The notes: generated from the sequence alone by a model not told the origin. A DNA stretch of 64,000 bases from an uncultured Dehalococcoidia bacterium (GCA_964587795.1 CAZPMU010000006.1:15263-79262), one strand, 5' to 3'; positions 54,891 to 64,000 are shown, counted from the first letter of the stretch. Made by a program: numbers and translations.

Positions 54891-57389
54891 CTACCACACT
54901 ATCTGGTTCCAGCAGTTGCCCTGGTGGCAGGTCAGGTTCCGGGACTCTTCGTTCAGGATAGCTTGCGTCGTATTGCCGACCAGAACCAGGTAGGTTTCCC
55001 CTTCAACCATCAGGTCCAGGGTGCTGTCTGCGGCCACCGCTGGGGCGTAGAAGGCCCAGACCTTGGTGTCGTTATTGAAGTGGAACACCCGCAACAGCCG
55101 GTCTCCCAGTACTTCCAGGGCTTGCGCCACGGGAGTCGGCGACCCCGGGACGACACCGGGCGGTTTTATGTGGAAGGTTGCGCTGGCGGTAACGCCGCCC
55201 ACGGTGGCCCGGACGGTCTGCTGTCCCGTATCCAGGCCTGGAGCAATCAGTTCCACCTCGAACTCGCCGTTGGCGTCGGTCGAAACCGTGTGGCCGGGTA
55301 AAATGTCGAGTTTGGCAAACTCTACCAGGGACACAGGTATGTGGTGCCTGAATCCGGTCCCCTGCATGGTGAAGCGAGTCCCCGGCGGACCGGAGTCGGG
55401 GTTAAGCTGGACCACGGCGCCGGGAACTTCGTGGGGCGCCGAAGTCACTACAGTATTACCGTTGTCGTCGTCAAATTCTACGCGGACAACGTTGGAAGAC
55501 GGGGTGGGCGTCTTCAAGGGAATCAGAATTTCCCCGGAGAAATTCCCGTTGGCGTCAGCCTCAGCAGGAGTGACAGTGAACCGGTCTCCGGCGTCATAAT
55601 AGATGCGCAGGTTGACACTTGATCCGTGATCGTTGCGGCTGGGGAAGCCCGCGCCGCTTACCTGGATGGTGGTCCCGGGTCGGCCCCAGATGGGCGAGAC
55701 CGTTACTTGCCTGGGCGGCACGGTAACCTCCACCGAACCGGTGCGGCCCAGGCTGTCCCTAACCTGTAGGGTGTGGGTCCCTTCTGAGGTGGTGGCCTCC
55801 ACAATGGGCAAATCCACCGATCCGTTCCAGTTGCCGTCTCCGGCTACATCAATCGTTCCAACACCGCCGTTAACCCGAGACGGATTAAGTGTGAAGCCGC
55901 CGAACCGGAATTCATCAATTGTCGTTCCACTTTTATCGTGAAATCCCAGCCCCGACAGGGCAACCCGCTGGTTGGCCAGCACCGTCTCGGGGAAAATTCG
56001 GACAATGGCCTTTGGCTGGGAAATGTCAATTATCACTTCACGGACGTAAGGGTCGGGGTCATTGTTATCTTGTCGGTCCACCTCGACCCGCAAGTATTGT
56101 CGGCCCAGGCGAACTTCATCGGGCACCGGAACGCTGAAATAAAGCCTGCCCGACTTGCCTATTCTAAGCCGGTCCAGTTCCGCATGAATGCCACCAATGG
56201 TAACGCGGGTAATTTCTCCTTCGGGGAAGTCTATCAACTGCACCTGGATGTCGCCGCCCGGCCCCTGCACGATATCGGCCTCAATACGGCCCACCAGTTC
56301 CAGTATCTGATCGGCTTCGTAAATGGATTCTGGATCATCTTCATCCATCACTATCACCGAAGATCCGCTGAGGCCGTCCACCGCGTTGATGATGTTGCAG
56401 TCCAGCTTTGACTCGTCGATGCATTCTCCAAATCCGGCCGAAAAAGGCGGCGAATGGACGTTAAAATCGCAATAGCCTATGTCATTGCCCTCCACCAACA
56501 CCTGGCACAGGTCGCTTTCCCCGGATTCCCGCATGCCGTTGACATTGGCGTCCCGCCACACCGTCAGGGTATGGCCGTTCTTGAAACCCCGGGCTATTAC
56601 CGTAATGGTCTGGCCCCGGCTGATCTCCTCGTGGCTCAACTGTATCTCCCGGTCCACCAGCAGGCCGACGTCAGCATCTTCGGCCTCCCCCGATGCTGCA
56701 AGAAAGGCTGCGCGCACCCTTTCGTCCGGGTGTACGGCCTCCACCAGGGGACCATCCCCCACGCCCACCTTCCAGGAAAAGGAGCCTCCCTCCGTGGGGT
56801 TGGAAATTCCAGCGTTCTTGTCGAAAGTGACGGTGACTTGGGCATCGTCACAAATACCGACGGGAGTCTGACCTTCCCTCAAGTTGTGCGTAATCCGGAT
56901 GATTGTGGGGTGCCGCGGATCATTTTGGTCGGTCAGTTCAACAACTGCAGCAGTGCCCCGGACGGATTCTGGACAACCCGGGCCATTGGTCCTGTTGATA
57001 ATTTGCAGCCTCACCAAGTTAGGAGCAATCCCCCGAGGCACCCGGATATCCTCATGCAGCACCATAACGATGCTGCCGACGAATCGTTCTATGGACACGG
57101 GTGTCCTGAAAGCCACTTCGTAGCTGGTGTTGGCTGCAGGAGTGCGGGATGTGGAGCGTACTTTGGGTTCGCACACGGCAGGGCCGTGACAGGGGTCGTC
57201 TTGCGCTTCCGCCGGCGCCGAGCGGCCGCCAATGGTCAACGACAATGAAACCAGGAAAATCAAGAGGAATCCGGCGAGGAAAAGGGGGATCGCAGGGCAG
57301 CGGAATCGGTTGACCATCGCAATACTAAGAATAAAGCTGGAAGACTCGTTCAACTGGTTGACGCTCTCGGATTGCCCGGGGCAACCCAT
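54891..57389 (-). CDS. Large secreted protein with multiple IPT/TIG-like Ig domains and the shared C-terminal Cys module
   Basis: A signal-like segment MVNRFRCPAIPLFLAGFLLIFLVSLSL...APAEAQ starts at the ATG at 57317, which is the probable true start. Repeated V.V.P..G.PGT.I.V.G.GF units. Confidence 0.75.
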   Translation of the reverse strand: MGCPGQSESVNQLNESSSFILSIAMVNRFRCPAIPLFLAGFLLIFLVSLSLTIGGRSAPAEAQDDPCHGPAVCEPKVRSTSRTPAANTSYEVAFRTPVSIERFVGSIVMVLHEDIRVPRGIAPNLVRLQIINRTNGPGCPESVRGTAAVVELTDQNDPRHPTIIRITHNLREGQTPVGICDDAQVTVTFDKNAGISNPTEGGSFSWKVGVGDGPLVEAVHPDERVRAAFLAASGEAEDADVGLLVDREIQLSHEEISRGQTITVIARGFKNGHTLTVWRDANVNGMRESGESDLCQVLVEGNDIGYCDFNVHSPPFSAGFGECIDESKLDCNIINAVDGLSGSSVIVMDEDDPESIYEADQILELVGRIEADIVQGPGGDIQVQLIDFPEGEITRVTIGGIHAELDRLRIGKSGRLYFSVPVPDEVRLGRQYLRVEVDRQDNNDPDPYVREVIIDISQPKAIVRIFPETVLANQRVALSGLGFHDKSGTTIDEFRFGGFTLNPSRVNGGVGTIDVAGDGNWNGSVDLPIVEATTSEGTHTLQVRDSLGRTGSVEVTVPPRQVTVSPIWGRPGTTIQVSGAGFPSRNDHGSSVNLRIYYDAGDRFTVTPAEADANGNFSGEILIPLKTPTPSSNVVRVEFDDDNGNTVVTSAPHEVPGAVVQLNPDSGPPGTRFTMQGTGFRHHIPVSLVEFAKLDILPGHTVSTDANGEFEVELIAPGLDTGQQTVRATVGGVTASATFHIKPPGVVPGSPTPVAQALEVLGDRLLRVFHFNNDTKVWAFYAPAVAADSTLDLMVEGETYLVLVGNTTQAILNEESRNLTCHQGNCWNQIVW

Positions 57390-57867
57390 GTACCCTTGGC
57401 AAGGGAATTTGACAGGATGTCGACTCTGCGTTCGCGTGGCGCTCCCAGCAAAATCATAAAACGCAATTGTGGGAAAAATGTGGGCTGGGCGGTGCTACTC
57501 AAAATTATACACCCTTCGTTATGGGGGCTTTCGCATAAATTAACGATAACCGCCATTCTTCGCGGATAATTCAGGGTAGTAACAATACGCAAGGAAAGGC
57601 AAAGGGGGATTCACTCAGGAAAGCGCACCCAGGAGGTACTGATTGGCTATAAGTCGGTTTAAGCTATGGCAAGCGACGGCAAGATGAGATCTCTAACAAT
57701 GTCCCATCTCGAATACTGACCACAGTTTAACATTGCGGTTCTTCCCCCCAATAGACGCCCCCACTTCCCCAATGGTATATTTTCGTTACCAGATTACGAA
57801 ACCGGGCCAATTCGTAACGGATTCGATTAACCTTCCATGCGATTGGCTTTAGCCAGGGAGAGTTCTC

Positions 57868-60606
57868 ATGACCTCCAGCGCCCCTGCTGAAATTCCCCGG
57901 GCCTATGATCCCGCCTCCGTGGAACAGCGCATCTACCAGGAGTGGCAGGATGCCGGCTACTTCACCCCCCAGATCAGGGAAGGCCGCGAACCTTTCGTCA
58001 TCATAATGCCGCCGCCCAATGTTACCGGCGAACTGCATTTGGGCCACGCCCTTACCGCCACCATCGAGGACGCCCTCACCCGCTGGCACCGCATGCTGGG
58101 CGACGATACCCTGTGGCTCCCGGGCAAGGACCACGCCGGCATCGCCACCCAGTGGGTGGTAGAGCGCCTGCTGGCCGAGGAGGGCACCAACCGCCACGAC
58201 CTGGGCAGGGAGCAGTTCCAGGAACGCATCTGGGAATGGGTGGCCCGCTACGGCAACACCATCGATGAGCAGCACAAGCGACTGGGTACCTCCTGCGACT
58301 GGTCCCGCCTGCGTTTCACCCTGGATCCGGGCCCGGCCAAAGCCGTCCGCACCACCTTCGTCAACCTGTACAACAAGGGTCTTATCTACCAACACGAGCG
58401 CATCATCAACTGGTGCCCGCGCTGCGCCACCGCCCTTTCCGACCTGGAAGTGGAATACCAGGAACAGGACGGAAAGCTCTACTACATCCGCTATCCCCTG
58501 GCCGGCGCTGTCCCTCCCCTCCCCCAGGTAGAGTGTCCTAGTATGGGCGAAAATCGGGGCCACATAACCGTGGCCACTACGCGCCCCGAGTCCATGCTGG
58601 GCGATACCGGCGTGGCCGTGCATCCCGAAGACCCGCGCTATGCCGCCTTCGTAGGCAAGAATGCCATGCTGCCCATTATGGACCGGCCGATACCGATTGT
58701 GGGCGACGAGGCCATCGAGATGGACTTCGGTACCGGGGCCTTGAAGGTAACCCCGGGCCATGACGTCACCGACTTTGAGATTGGCGAGCGCCATGGCCTG
58801 GAAATCATCAACGTCATTGGCTTTGACGGCAACATGACCGCCGCCGCCGGCGAGTACGCGGGCCGGGAGCGGTTCGAAACCCGCCAGGCCGTGGCTGAGG
58901 AATTGGAAGGCCTGGGGCTGCTGGAAAAAGTGGAGGACTACCGCCACTCGGTGGGCCACTGCCAGCGCTGCGATGCGGTGGTGGAGCCCCTCATCAGCCT
59001 GCAGTGGTTTCTCAAGGTGGGCAACCACCAGGAACCGGACAGCATCGCCGGCCGCGCGCACGCCGCCGTGGCCAACGGCGACATCACTATCGTCCCCGAC
59101 CGGTTCGGGCGCGTTTACCTCAACTGGCTGGAGAATATTCGTGACTGGTGCATTAGCCGCCAGCTTTGGTGGGGCCACCGCATCCCCGTCTGGTACTGCG
59201 ACGAATGCGGAGAGATAGTGGTCTCCACGGAAGACCCCAACAACTGTCCAATCTGCAACTCCGAGGGGTTGCGCCAGGACGAGGACGTGCTGGACACCTG
59301 GTTCAGTTCGGGCTTGTGGCCCCATTCCACCTTGGGCTGGCCCGACGGCACCGACGACTTCAACTACTTCTACCCCACCGCCGTCTTGGAAACGGGCTAC
59401 GACATCCTTTTCTTCTGGGTTGCCCGCATGATCATGATGGGCATTGAGAACACCGGGGACATTCCCTTCCGCACCGTGTACCTCCACGGGCTGATTCGCG
59501 ACGCCAACGGCGACAAGATGAGCAAGACGCGGGGCAACACCATGGACCCCCTGGACCTCATCGACCGCTACGGTACCGACGCCCTGCGGTTCGCTCTGTC
59601 CACCGGCACCGCCCCGGGCAACGACCTGCGCATCACCGAGGGCAAGCTGGAGGCCGCCCGCAACTTCGCCAACAAGGTCTGGAACGCCGCCCGATTCGTT
59701 ATTACGACTCTCGAGGTACAGGACGATCTGGCCGGCTGGCGAGACCTGCCCAGGCTGGAACACCGGGAGGACCGCTGGATTGTCAGCCTGCTGGACCGGG
59801 TTACCGCCGATGTGAACAGTTCTCTGGCCAGCTTCGAACTGGGTGAGGCGCAACAGAAGCTCTACGACTTCATCTGGGACGACTTCTGCGACTGGTACAT
59901 TGAAATGGCCAAGGTACGAATGCGTTCCAGCGAAGGTCCCTCTCCCCGACCAGTGCTGGCCCACGTGCTGGAACGTACCCTGCGCCTGCTGCACCCCTTC
60001 ATGCCCTTCATCACCGAGGAAATCTGGGGCAACCTGACCTCCCGCCTGCCTGTTGAGGGGGAGTTGGCGTCTTCAATCATGGTTGCCGATTACCCGGTCG
60101 CCGAGGCCCCGCGTCACGACCGGCAGGCCGAGGACGAAATTTCCCTGGTTATGCAGACTATCCGGGCGGTGCGCAACACCCGTGCCCAGTTGCGCATACC
60201 TGCCAACCAGCGGCTGGAAGCCCAGGTGGAGGCCAACGGCCTGCGGGGCGCCATGGAGGAAGAGGCCGAGGTCATCCGCACTCTCTCCCGGGTGGAACCA
60301 TTGAGCATTACCGCTGGCTCCCCGGAAGGTTCGGAGCAGACCCGGGGCGTTACCCTGGTGGTGAATCCCCTAGTGGTGCGCCTGCCCCTGGAGGGGGTGG
60401 TTGACCTGGCGGCCGAGCAGGACAGGCTGCGGGAGGAACTGGCAAGCACCGAGCGGGAACTGGAACGCAAGGAAAAGCTGGTCAACAACCCCAACTTCCG
60501 CGCCAAGGCCCGCCCCGACGTGGTGGAGACGGAAGAAGATCGCCTTCGCAACCTCCAGGAACAGCGGCAGCGCCTGGGCGAAATCCTCGCCCAGCTTGGG
60601 GGGTAG
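57868..60606 (+). CDS. valS: Valine--tRNA ligase
   Basis: HIGH motif (PNVTGELHLGHAL), KMSKT motif, and the C-terminal coiled coil typical of ValRS. Confidence 0.98.
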   Translation: MTSSAPAEIPRAYDPASVEQRIYQEWQDAGYFTPQIREGREPFVIIMPPPNVTGELHLGHALTATIEDALTRWHRMLGDDTLWLPGKDHAGIATQWVVERLLAEEGTNRHDLGREQFQERIWEWVARYGNTIDEQHKRLGTSCDWSRLRFTLDPGPAKAVRTTFVNLYNKGLIYQHERIINWCPRCATALSDLEVEYQEQDGKLYYIRYPLAGAVPPLPQVECPSMGENRGHITVATTRPESMLGDTGVAVHPEDPRYAAFVGKNAMLPIMDRPIPIVGDEAIEMDFGTGALKVTPGHDVTDFEIGERHGLEIINVIGFDGNMTAAAGEYAGRERFETRQAVAEELEGLGLLEKVEDYRHSVGHCQRCDAVVEPLISLQWFLKVGNHQEPDSIAGRAHAAVANGDITIVPDRFGRVYLNWLENIRDWCISRQLWWGHRIPVWYCDECGEIVVSTEDPNNCPICNSEGLRQDEDVLDTWFSSGLWPHSTLGWPDGTDDFNYFYPTAVLETGYDILFFWVARMIMMGIENTGDIPFRTVYLHGLIRDANGDKMSKTRGNTMDPLDLIDRYGTDALRFALSTGTAPGNDLRITEGKLEAARNFANKVWNAARFVITTLEVQDDLAGWRDLPRLEHREDRWIVSLLDRVTADVNSSLASFELGEAQQKLYDFIWDDFCDWYIEMAKVRMRSSEGPSPRPVLAHVLERTLRLLHPFMPFITEEIWGNLTSRLPVEGELASSIMVADYPVAEAPRHDRQAEDEISLVMQTIRAVRNTRAQLRIPANQRLEAQVEANGLRGAMEEEAEVIRTLSRVEPLSITAGSPEGSEQTRGVTLVVNPLVVRLPLEGVVDLAAEQDRLREELASTERELERKEKLVNNPNFRAKARPDVVETEEDRLRNLQEQRQRLGEILAQLGG

Positions 60607-60608
60607 GT

Positions 60609-60674
60609 AATCCACGAAGGACACAAAGGACGCGAATGGATTTATCCACGAATAAGCACTAATAGTCACGAATG
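60609..60674 (+). repeat. Family 2 repeat, one-armed copy (six CACGAA-type units in direct phase)
   Basis: AATCCACGAAGGACACAAAGGACGCGAATGGATTTATCCACGAATAAGCACTAATAGTCACGAATG. Units recur every 9-15 nt. Confidence 0.7.
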
Positions 60675-60788
60675 TTGTCAGATGACCATTTACTACGGGC
60701 ATAAAGAACTCTTGGAAGCAAAGAACGCCAGCAGTTTTATAGGCCAATTAGCGAAAATTTCTGGGTATCACTGGATAAATAAAGCAAG

Positions 60789-61637
60789 ATGAACACCGCT
60801 CTTGGCATCATCGGCTACCCCATTGGCCACTCCATGTCGCCCGTGCTCCAGCAGGCTGCGCTGGATTCCTGCGGGGTGGATGCACGGTACGTGGCCTACC
60901 AGGTGGCGCCGGAAGAGGTGGGCGAGTTCGTCAACGGACTGCGCCAGCACGGAATTATGGGCATTAACGTAACCGTGCCCCACAAGGAGGCGGTGATGCC
61001 CTTCTTGGACGAGATTGACGACTGGGCCACCGAGGCCGGGGCCGTCAACACCATCGTCAATCGGCAGGGCCGGCTCACTGGCCACAACACTGACGGCTAC
61101 GGTTTCCTGCGGGCCCTGCGGGAAGGCGGTGGATTTGAGCCCCAGGGCCAACGCACCCTCATCCTGGGCGCCGGCGGGGCGGCTCGGGGCGTGGTCCTAG
61201 CCCTGGTCCGAGAGGGCGTTGGCGACCTGACCATAGCCAATCGCACCCCGGAACGCGCGGATAACCTGGTCCAGTTGGCCAGGAATCGGGGCATCGCCGC
61301 CAGCGCCACAGGCTTGTCCGCCGCGGATTTGACTGAAGCCGCTGCCAGCGCAGAACTCATCGTCAATTGCACCACCATCGGCATGGCCCACGGCCCCGGC
61401 GAGGACGAATCGCCACTGCCCGCCGGAGTCATTCCACCCACGGCCCTGGTCAATGACCTGGTGTATAATCCCCTTGAAACCCGGCTGCTTCGGGAAGCGG
61501 TCCAAACTGGCGCCAAAACCCTGGGCGGCATCCAGATGCTGGTTTACCAGGGCGCGGCCTCCTTTGAAATGTGGCTGGACCGGCCCGCGCCGGTGCTGGT
61601 AATGCTGGAAGCGGCCACCCAGGCCATGCAGTCCTGA
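60789..61637 (+). CDS. aroE: Shikimate dehydrogenase
   Basis: GIIGYPIGHSMSPVLQQAA...GINVTVPHK...NTD..G, Rossmann GAGGAARG. Confidence 0.93.
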   Translation: MNTALGIIGYPIGHSMSPVLQQAALDSCGVDARYVAYQVAPEEVGEFVNGLRQHGIMGINVTVPHKEAVMPFLDEIDDWATEAGAVNTIVNRQGRLTGHNTDGYGFLRALREGGGFEPQGQRTLILGAGGAARGVVLALVREGVGDLTIANRTPERADNLVQLARNRGIAASATGLSAADLTEAAASAELIVNCTTIGMAHGPGEDESPLPAGVIPPTALVNDLVYNPLETRLLREAVQTGAKTLGGIQMLVYQGAASFEMWLDRPAPVLVMLEAATQAMQS

Positions 61638-61645
61638 AACCGAAA

Positions 61646-61706
61646 ACTCTGTGAATCTCTGCGTAACTCTGCGCCTCTGCGGTGAAAGCTGACCACAGAG
61701 GCGCAA
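61646..61706. repeat. Family 3 repeat (CTCTGCG units) with terminal hairpin
   Basis: CTCTGTGAATCTCTGCGTAACTCTGCGCCTCTGCGGTGAAAGCTGACCACAGAGGCGCA. It contains the hairpin CCTCTGCGG...CCACAGAGG. Confidence 0.5.
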
Positions 61707-61836
61707 GTTTCGCGATGGATTCTCAAATCTGTAATAGAAATCCTGCCCTTCAAACTAAGACATCGGCCTTGATCATGAATTCGGAGATTGCGGAACGTGT
61801 GCCAAAGTCAGAGAATGCAAACGAAGGCTGAAGAAG

Positions 61837-62211
61837 TTGGGAACGGTATTCACGACAATAGAAATGGGAGACCCTCAAGGGCGGCATTTTCAGGAAGTAG
61901 ACCTGGAAGTGGATACCCGTTCCACGTTTACGGCTTTGCCTTGAAAAATGCTGGAAGCCTTGGGAGTGCCGGTAAACCGGCCTGCTCAATCCCGGCTGGC
62001 CGATGGGACCGTACAAACGGTAGAGCTGTGACATAACACAATCAGGCTGGCCGGCAAACAGTTCACCGCCACTGTTATATTCTCCGAAGAAGGAGAACCC
62101 AGCTTCCTGGGCGTAATCAATCAGGAAGATGCCTTACTGGCGGTGGACCCGGTTAACAACGAACTGATGCCAGTAATCGCCAAGCGATACTTAAACCGTT
62201 CTTGCTCCTGA
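61837..62211 (+). pseudogene. Retropepsin-like (clan AA) small aspartyl protease pseudogene
   Basis: Single frame from the TTG at 61837: MGTVFTTIEMGDPQGRHFQEVDLEVDTRSTFTALP, stop, KMLEALGVPVNRPAQSRLADGTVQTVEL, stop, HNTIRLAGKQFTATVIFSEEGEPSFLGVINQEDALLAVDPVNNELMP... In-frame TGAs at 61942-61944 and 62029-62031. The catalytic DTG reads DTR. Confidence 0.6.
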
Positions 62212-62236
62212 AAAGCAACTTGTGAGGTAACGAACT

Positions 62237-63427
62237 ATGATCCGGTGGTTTACGGCGGGCGAGTCCCACGGCCAGGGCCTGGTAATAATCATGGAGGGCG
62301 TCCCCGCGGCCCTGCCCATCAGCGAGGAGTACATCGGAACCCAACTGGCCCGCCGGCAGCGAGGCTACGGACGGGGCGGGCGCCAGCTTATCGAGCAGGA
62401 CTGGGCGCACATCATGACCGGAGTCCGCCACGGCCTCACCCTGGGAAGTCCCATCGGCATGACCATCGAGAACAAGGACTGGGCCAACTGGACCGAGGCC
62501 ATGGCCGTCGAGTACATCGAGAACCCGTCCCAGGAGGGCCGCAACCGCCGCGTCACCCGCATTCGCCCCGGCCACGCCGACCTGCCCGGAACGATGAAGT
62601 ACGGCTTTACCGACGTGCGCAACGTCCTGGAGCGGGCCAGCGCCAGGGAGACTGCGGCCCGGGTGGGCGCCGGCGCCATTGCCATGCGCCTGCTGGAGGA
62701 GTTCGGCATCAGGCTCCACAGCCACGTCATATCCATCGGAGGTGTGTGGGCGGACACTCCCGATACCCACGATGCCATTGACTGGGACGCGGTGGAGGAC
62801 TCGCCGGTTCGCTGCGCCGACCCTGAGGCTACCCAGAAGATGATTGCCGAGGTTGATGCCGCCCGGGACGCAGGCGACACTGTGGGCGGCACCGTCGAGG
62901 TCATCGCCGAAAACGTGCCCATCGGCCTGGGTTCCCACATTCAGTGGGACAAGAAGATAGACGGCCGCATCGCCCAGGCCCTCATGTCCATCAACGCCGT
63001 CAAGGACGTTTCCATCGGCCCCGGCTGGGAGGTGGTCAACAAGCGCGGCTCCGAAGTCCACGACGTGATCGAACCGGTAACGGACCCCGACCGACCCTGG
63101 CAGCGCAAGACCAACCGGGCCGGCGGCACTGAGGGCGGCATGACCGACGGCATGCCCCTGGTGGCCCGCTTTGGAATCAAGCCCATCGCCACACTGCACA
63201 ACCCCCTGCCCTCGGTGGACCTGGACACCGGCGAACCGGTGCAGGCCCACTTCGAGCGTTCTGACGTCTGCCAGGCCCCCCCGGCAGGCGTAATCGGCGA
63301 GGCCATGGTCGCCCTGGTGCTGGCCGACGCCTTCATGGAAAAGTTCGGCGGCGACTCCATCTCCGAAACCCGCCGCAACTACGAAGGCTACATGAAAACG
63401 GTGGGGCCGAGGATGGTTTACAGGTAG
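62237..63427 (+). CDS. aroC: Chorismate synthase
   Basis: FTAGESHGQGLV.I..G.P..., GRSSARETA-like (ERASARETAARV), full length. Confidence 0.97.
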   Translation: MIRWFTAGESHGQGLVIIMEGVPAALPISEEYIGTQLARRQRGYGRGGRQLIEQDWAHIMTGVRHGLTLGSPIGMTIENKDWANWTEAMAVEYIENPSQEGRNRRVTRIRPGHADLPGTMKYGFTDVRNVLERASARETAARVGAGAIAMRLLEEFGIRLHSHVISIGGVWADTPDTHDAIDWDAVEDSPVRCADPEATQKMIAEVDAARDAGDTVGGTVEVIAENVPIGLGSHIQWDKKIDGRIAQALMSINAVKDVSIGPGWEVVNKRGSEVHDVIEPVTDPDRPWQRKTNRAGGTEGGMTDGMPLVARFGIKPIATLHNPLPSVDLDTGEPVQAHFERSDVCQAPPAGVIGEAMVALVLADAFMEKFGGDSISETRRNYEGYMKTVGPRMVYR

Positions 63428-63481
63428 GTAAAGGGGTTTACAAAGAGAAGCAGAGAAACGGAGTTGCGCGGAGTTCTTCGT

Positions 63482-64000
63482 ATGGCGATTTACAAGATGG
63501 TGGGGGATAAGGAGTCTTTGGAGGAGATTCCAGCCACTTCCTTCGGTCAAGAAGGAGTTTTAGAGCGTTCCGACCTGCAGCGCATCCTGCGGGATAAGCC
63601 GGAGGTGCTGGAGGAGGGGTTGCTGATAATTTCAGAGGAATTCGGTAACTGGCAAGACTCCAACCGTAGGATAGATTTGTTAGGCCTCGACTCCACCGGC
63701 CGCTTGGTAGTTATTGAGCTAAAGCGCGGTGAGACTGGTAGTTACATGGATTTGCAGGCCATTCGGTACGCAGCTATGGTTGCCAATATGACCTACGACC
63801 AAGCTGTGGCTACGTACCAAGAGTACTTAGAGCGGCGAGCCACTAACGGCGATTCCATCGAGGAAGACGCCGCAGAGAGTATTGTCAGGGACCACCTGGC
63901 GGGCATTGAGGAAGTGCAGACCATTATTAGTGAAATACCCCGCATAATTCTCGCCTCGGAGAACTTCGGTAAAGAGCTGACTACTTGTGTCATGTGGCTC
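63482..64000 (+). CDS. PD-(D/E)xK (NucS/DUF91-like) nuclease-fold protein, 3' end outside the window
   Basis: Not in the ORF track because the ORF is open at the window end. My translation: MAIYKMVGDKESLEEIPATSF...RIDLLGLDSTGRLVVIELKRGETGSYMDLQAIRYAAMV... The D...(D/E)-x-K core resembles RecB-like nucleases. Visibly less GC-rich than aroC. Confidence 0.6.
   Translation, partial: MAIYKMVGDKESLEEIPATSFGQEGVLERSDLQRILRDKPEVLEEGLLIISEEFGNWQDSNRRIDLLGLDSTGRLVVIELKRGETGSYMDLQAIRYAAMVANMTYDQAVATYQEYLERRATNGDSIEEDAAESIVRDHLAGIEEVQTIISEIPRIILASENFGKELTTCVMWL

Noticed and set aside
57593-57867. Possible T-box leader upstream of valS
   Set aside because: There is no T-box consensus (AATTAGGGTGGTACCGCG-like) and no specifier-loop architecture. 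Only a short TTACGAA/TTCGTAA inverted repeat is present.
57727-59994. 755-aa ORF antisense to valS
   Set aside because: Same GC-driven shadow-ORF effect. ValRS on the + strand has all canonical motifs, and the antisense product has no recognisable domain.
60609-60674. Phased short repeats considered as a mini CRISPR array
   Set aside because: The units are only 7 nt with 2-8 nt between them, far below CRISPR repeat and spacer sizes. No cas genes are nearby, and other copies are arranged as inverted arms.
25898-62031. Idea that the in-frame TGAs (25898, 61942, 62029) reflect TGA recoding (Gly/Trp/Sec)
   Set aside because: TGA clearly terminates housekeeping genes in this window (for example the HAD gene at 4158, aroE at 61635 and polX at 48486). 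The affected genes show other decay signs (DTG mutated to DTR, a missing start codon). I see no SECIS-like context. Pseudogenisation is the simpler explanation.
62153-63550. 465-aa ORF antisense to aroC. Similar long antisense ORFs occur opposite ftsH (24359-25741), polX (49164-50489), the DUF1800/DUF1501 genes, recF and others.
   Set aside because: All lie opposite well-supported genes and have Gly/Ala/Arg/His-rich composition typical of out-of-frame GC-rich translation.

Overview
GC-rich bacterial chromosomal segment. Gene content and the frequent GTG/TTG starts are reminiscent of an uncultured Chloroflexota-type lineage, but I cannot verify that here. Most of it is housekeeping: a tRNA-Thr/Tyr/Thr-tuf operon followed by rpmG-secE-nusG-rplK-rplA-rplJ-rplL on the minus strand (9.7-15.0 kb), then apt, recF, ftsH with hflK/hflC, sucCD, mog, rho, tal, pyrG, an S1-domain protein, polX, hrcA, bioY, valS, aroE and aroC. 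I do not see a complete, clear-cut new defence or mobile system. The less ordinary content is: (1) two paralogous, syntenic three-gene cassettes, DUF1800-DUF1501-NHL propeller (4.6-8.3 kb on + and 32.7-36.5 kb on -), all apparently without signal peptides; (2) two paralogous split TPP-decarboxylase (ComD/ComE-like) pairs, one interrupted by a palindromic element; (3) several short intergenic repeat families, three of which share one grammar (a 7-nt core repeated every 9-10 nt, arranged as inverted arms), plus GC-hairpin REP-like families; (4) three decayed toxin-antitoxin loci where the toxin is truncated or interrupted but the partner looks intact, plus two other genes with in-frame stops (DUF805-like, retropepsin-like); (5) an ~80-residue Cys-containing C-terminal module shared by a small anchored protein and an 832-aa IPT/TIG-like surface protein flanking bioY; (6) an RR-HK operon coupled to a Pro/Thr-rich Ig-like anchored protein; (7) a polX-unknown / S1-unknown gene string with tight coupling. 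Visibly AT-richer islets (about 0.2-1.0, 4.2-4.6, 8.4-9.5, 40.3-41.2, 52.3-52.8, 57.4-57.9, 61.6-62.2 and 63.4-64.0 kb) carry most of the accessory or decayed material. All family calls come from motif recognition by eye and need HMM/BLAST confirmation.
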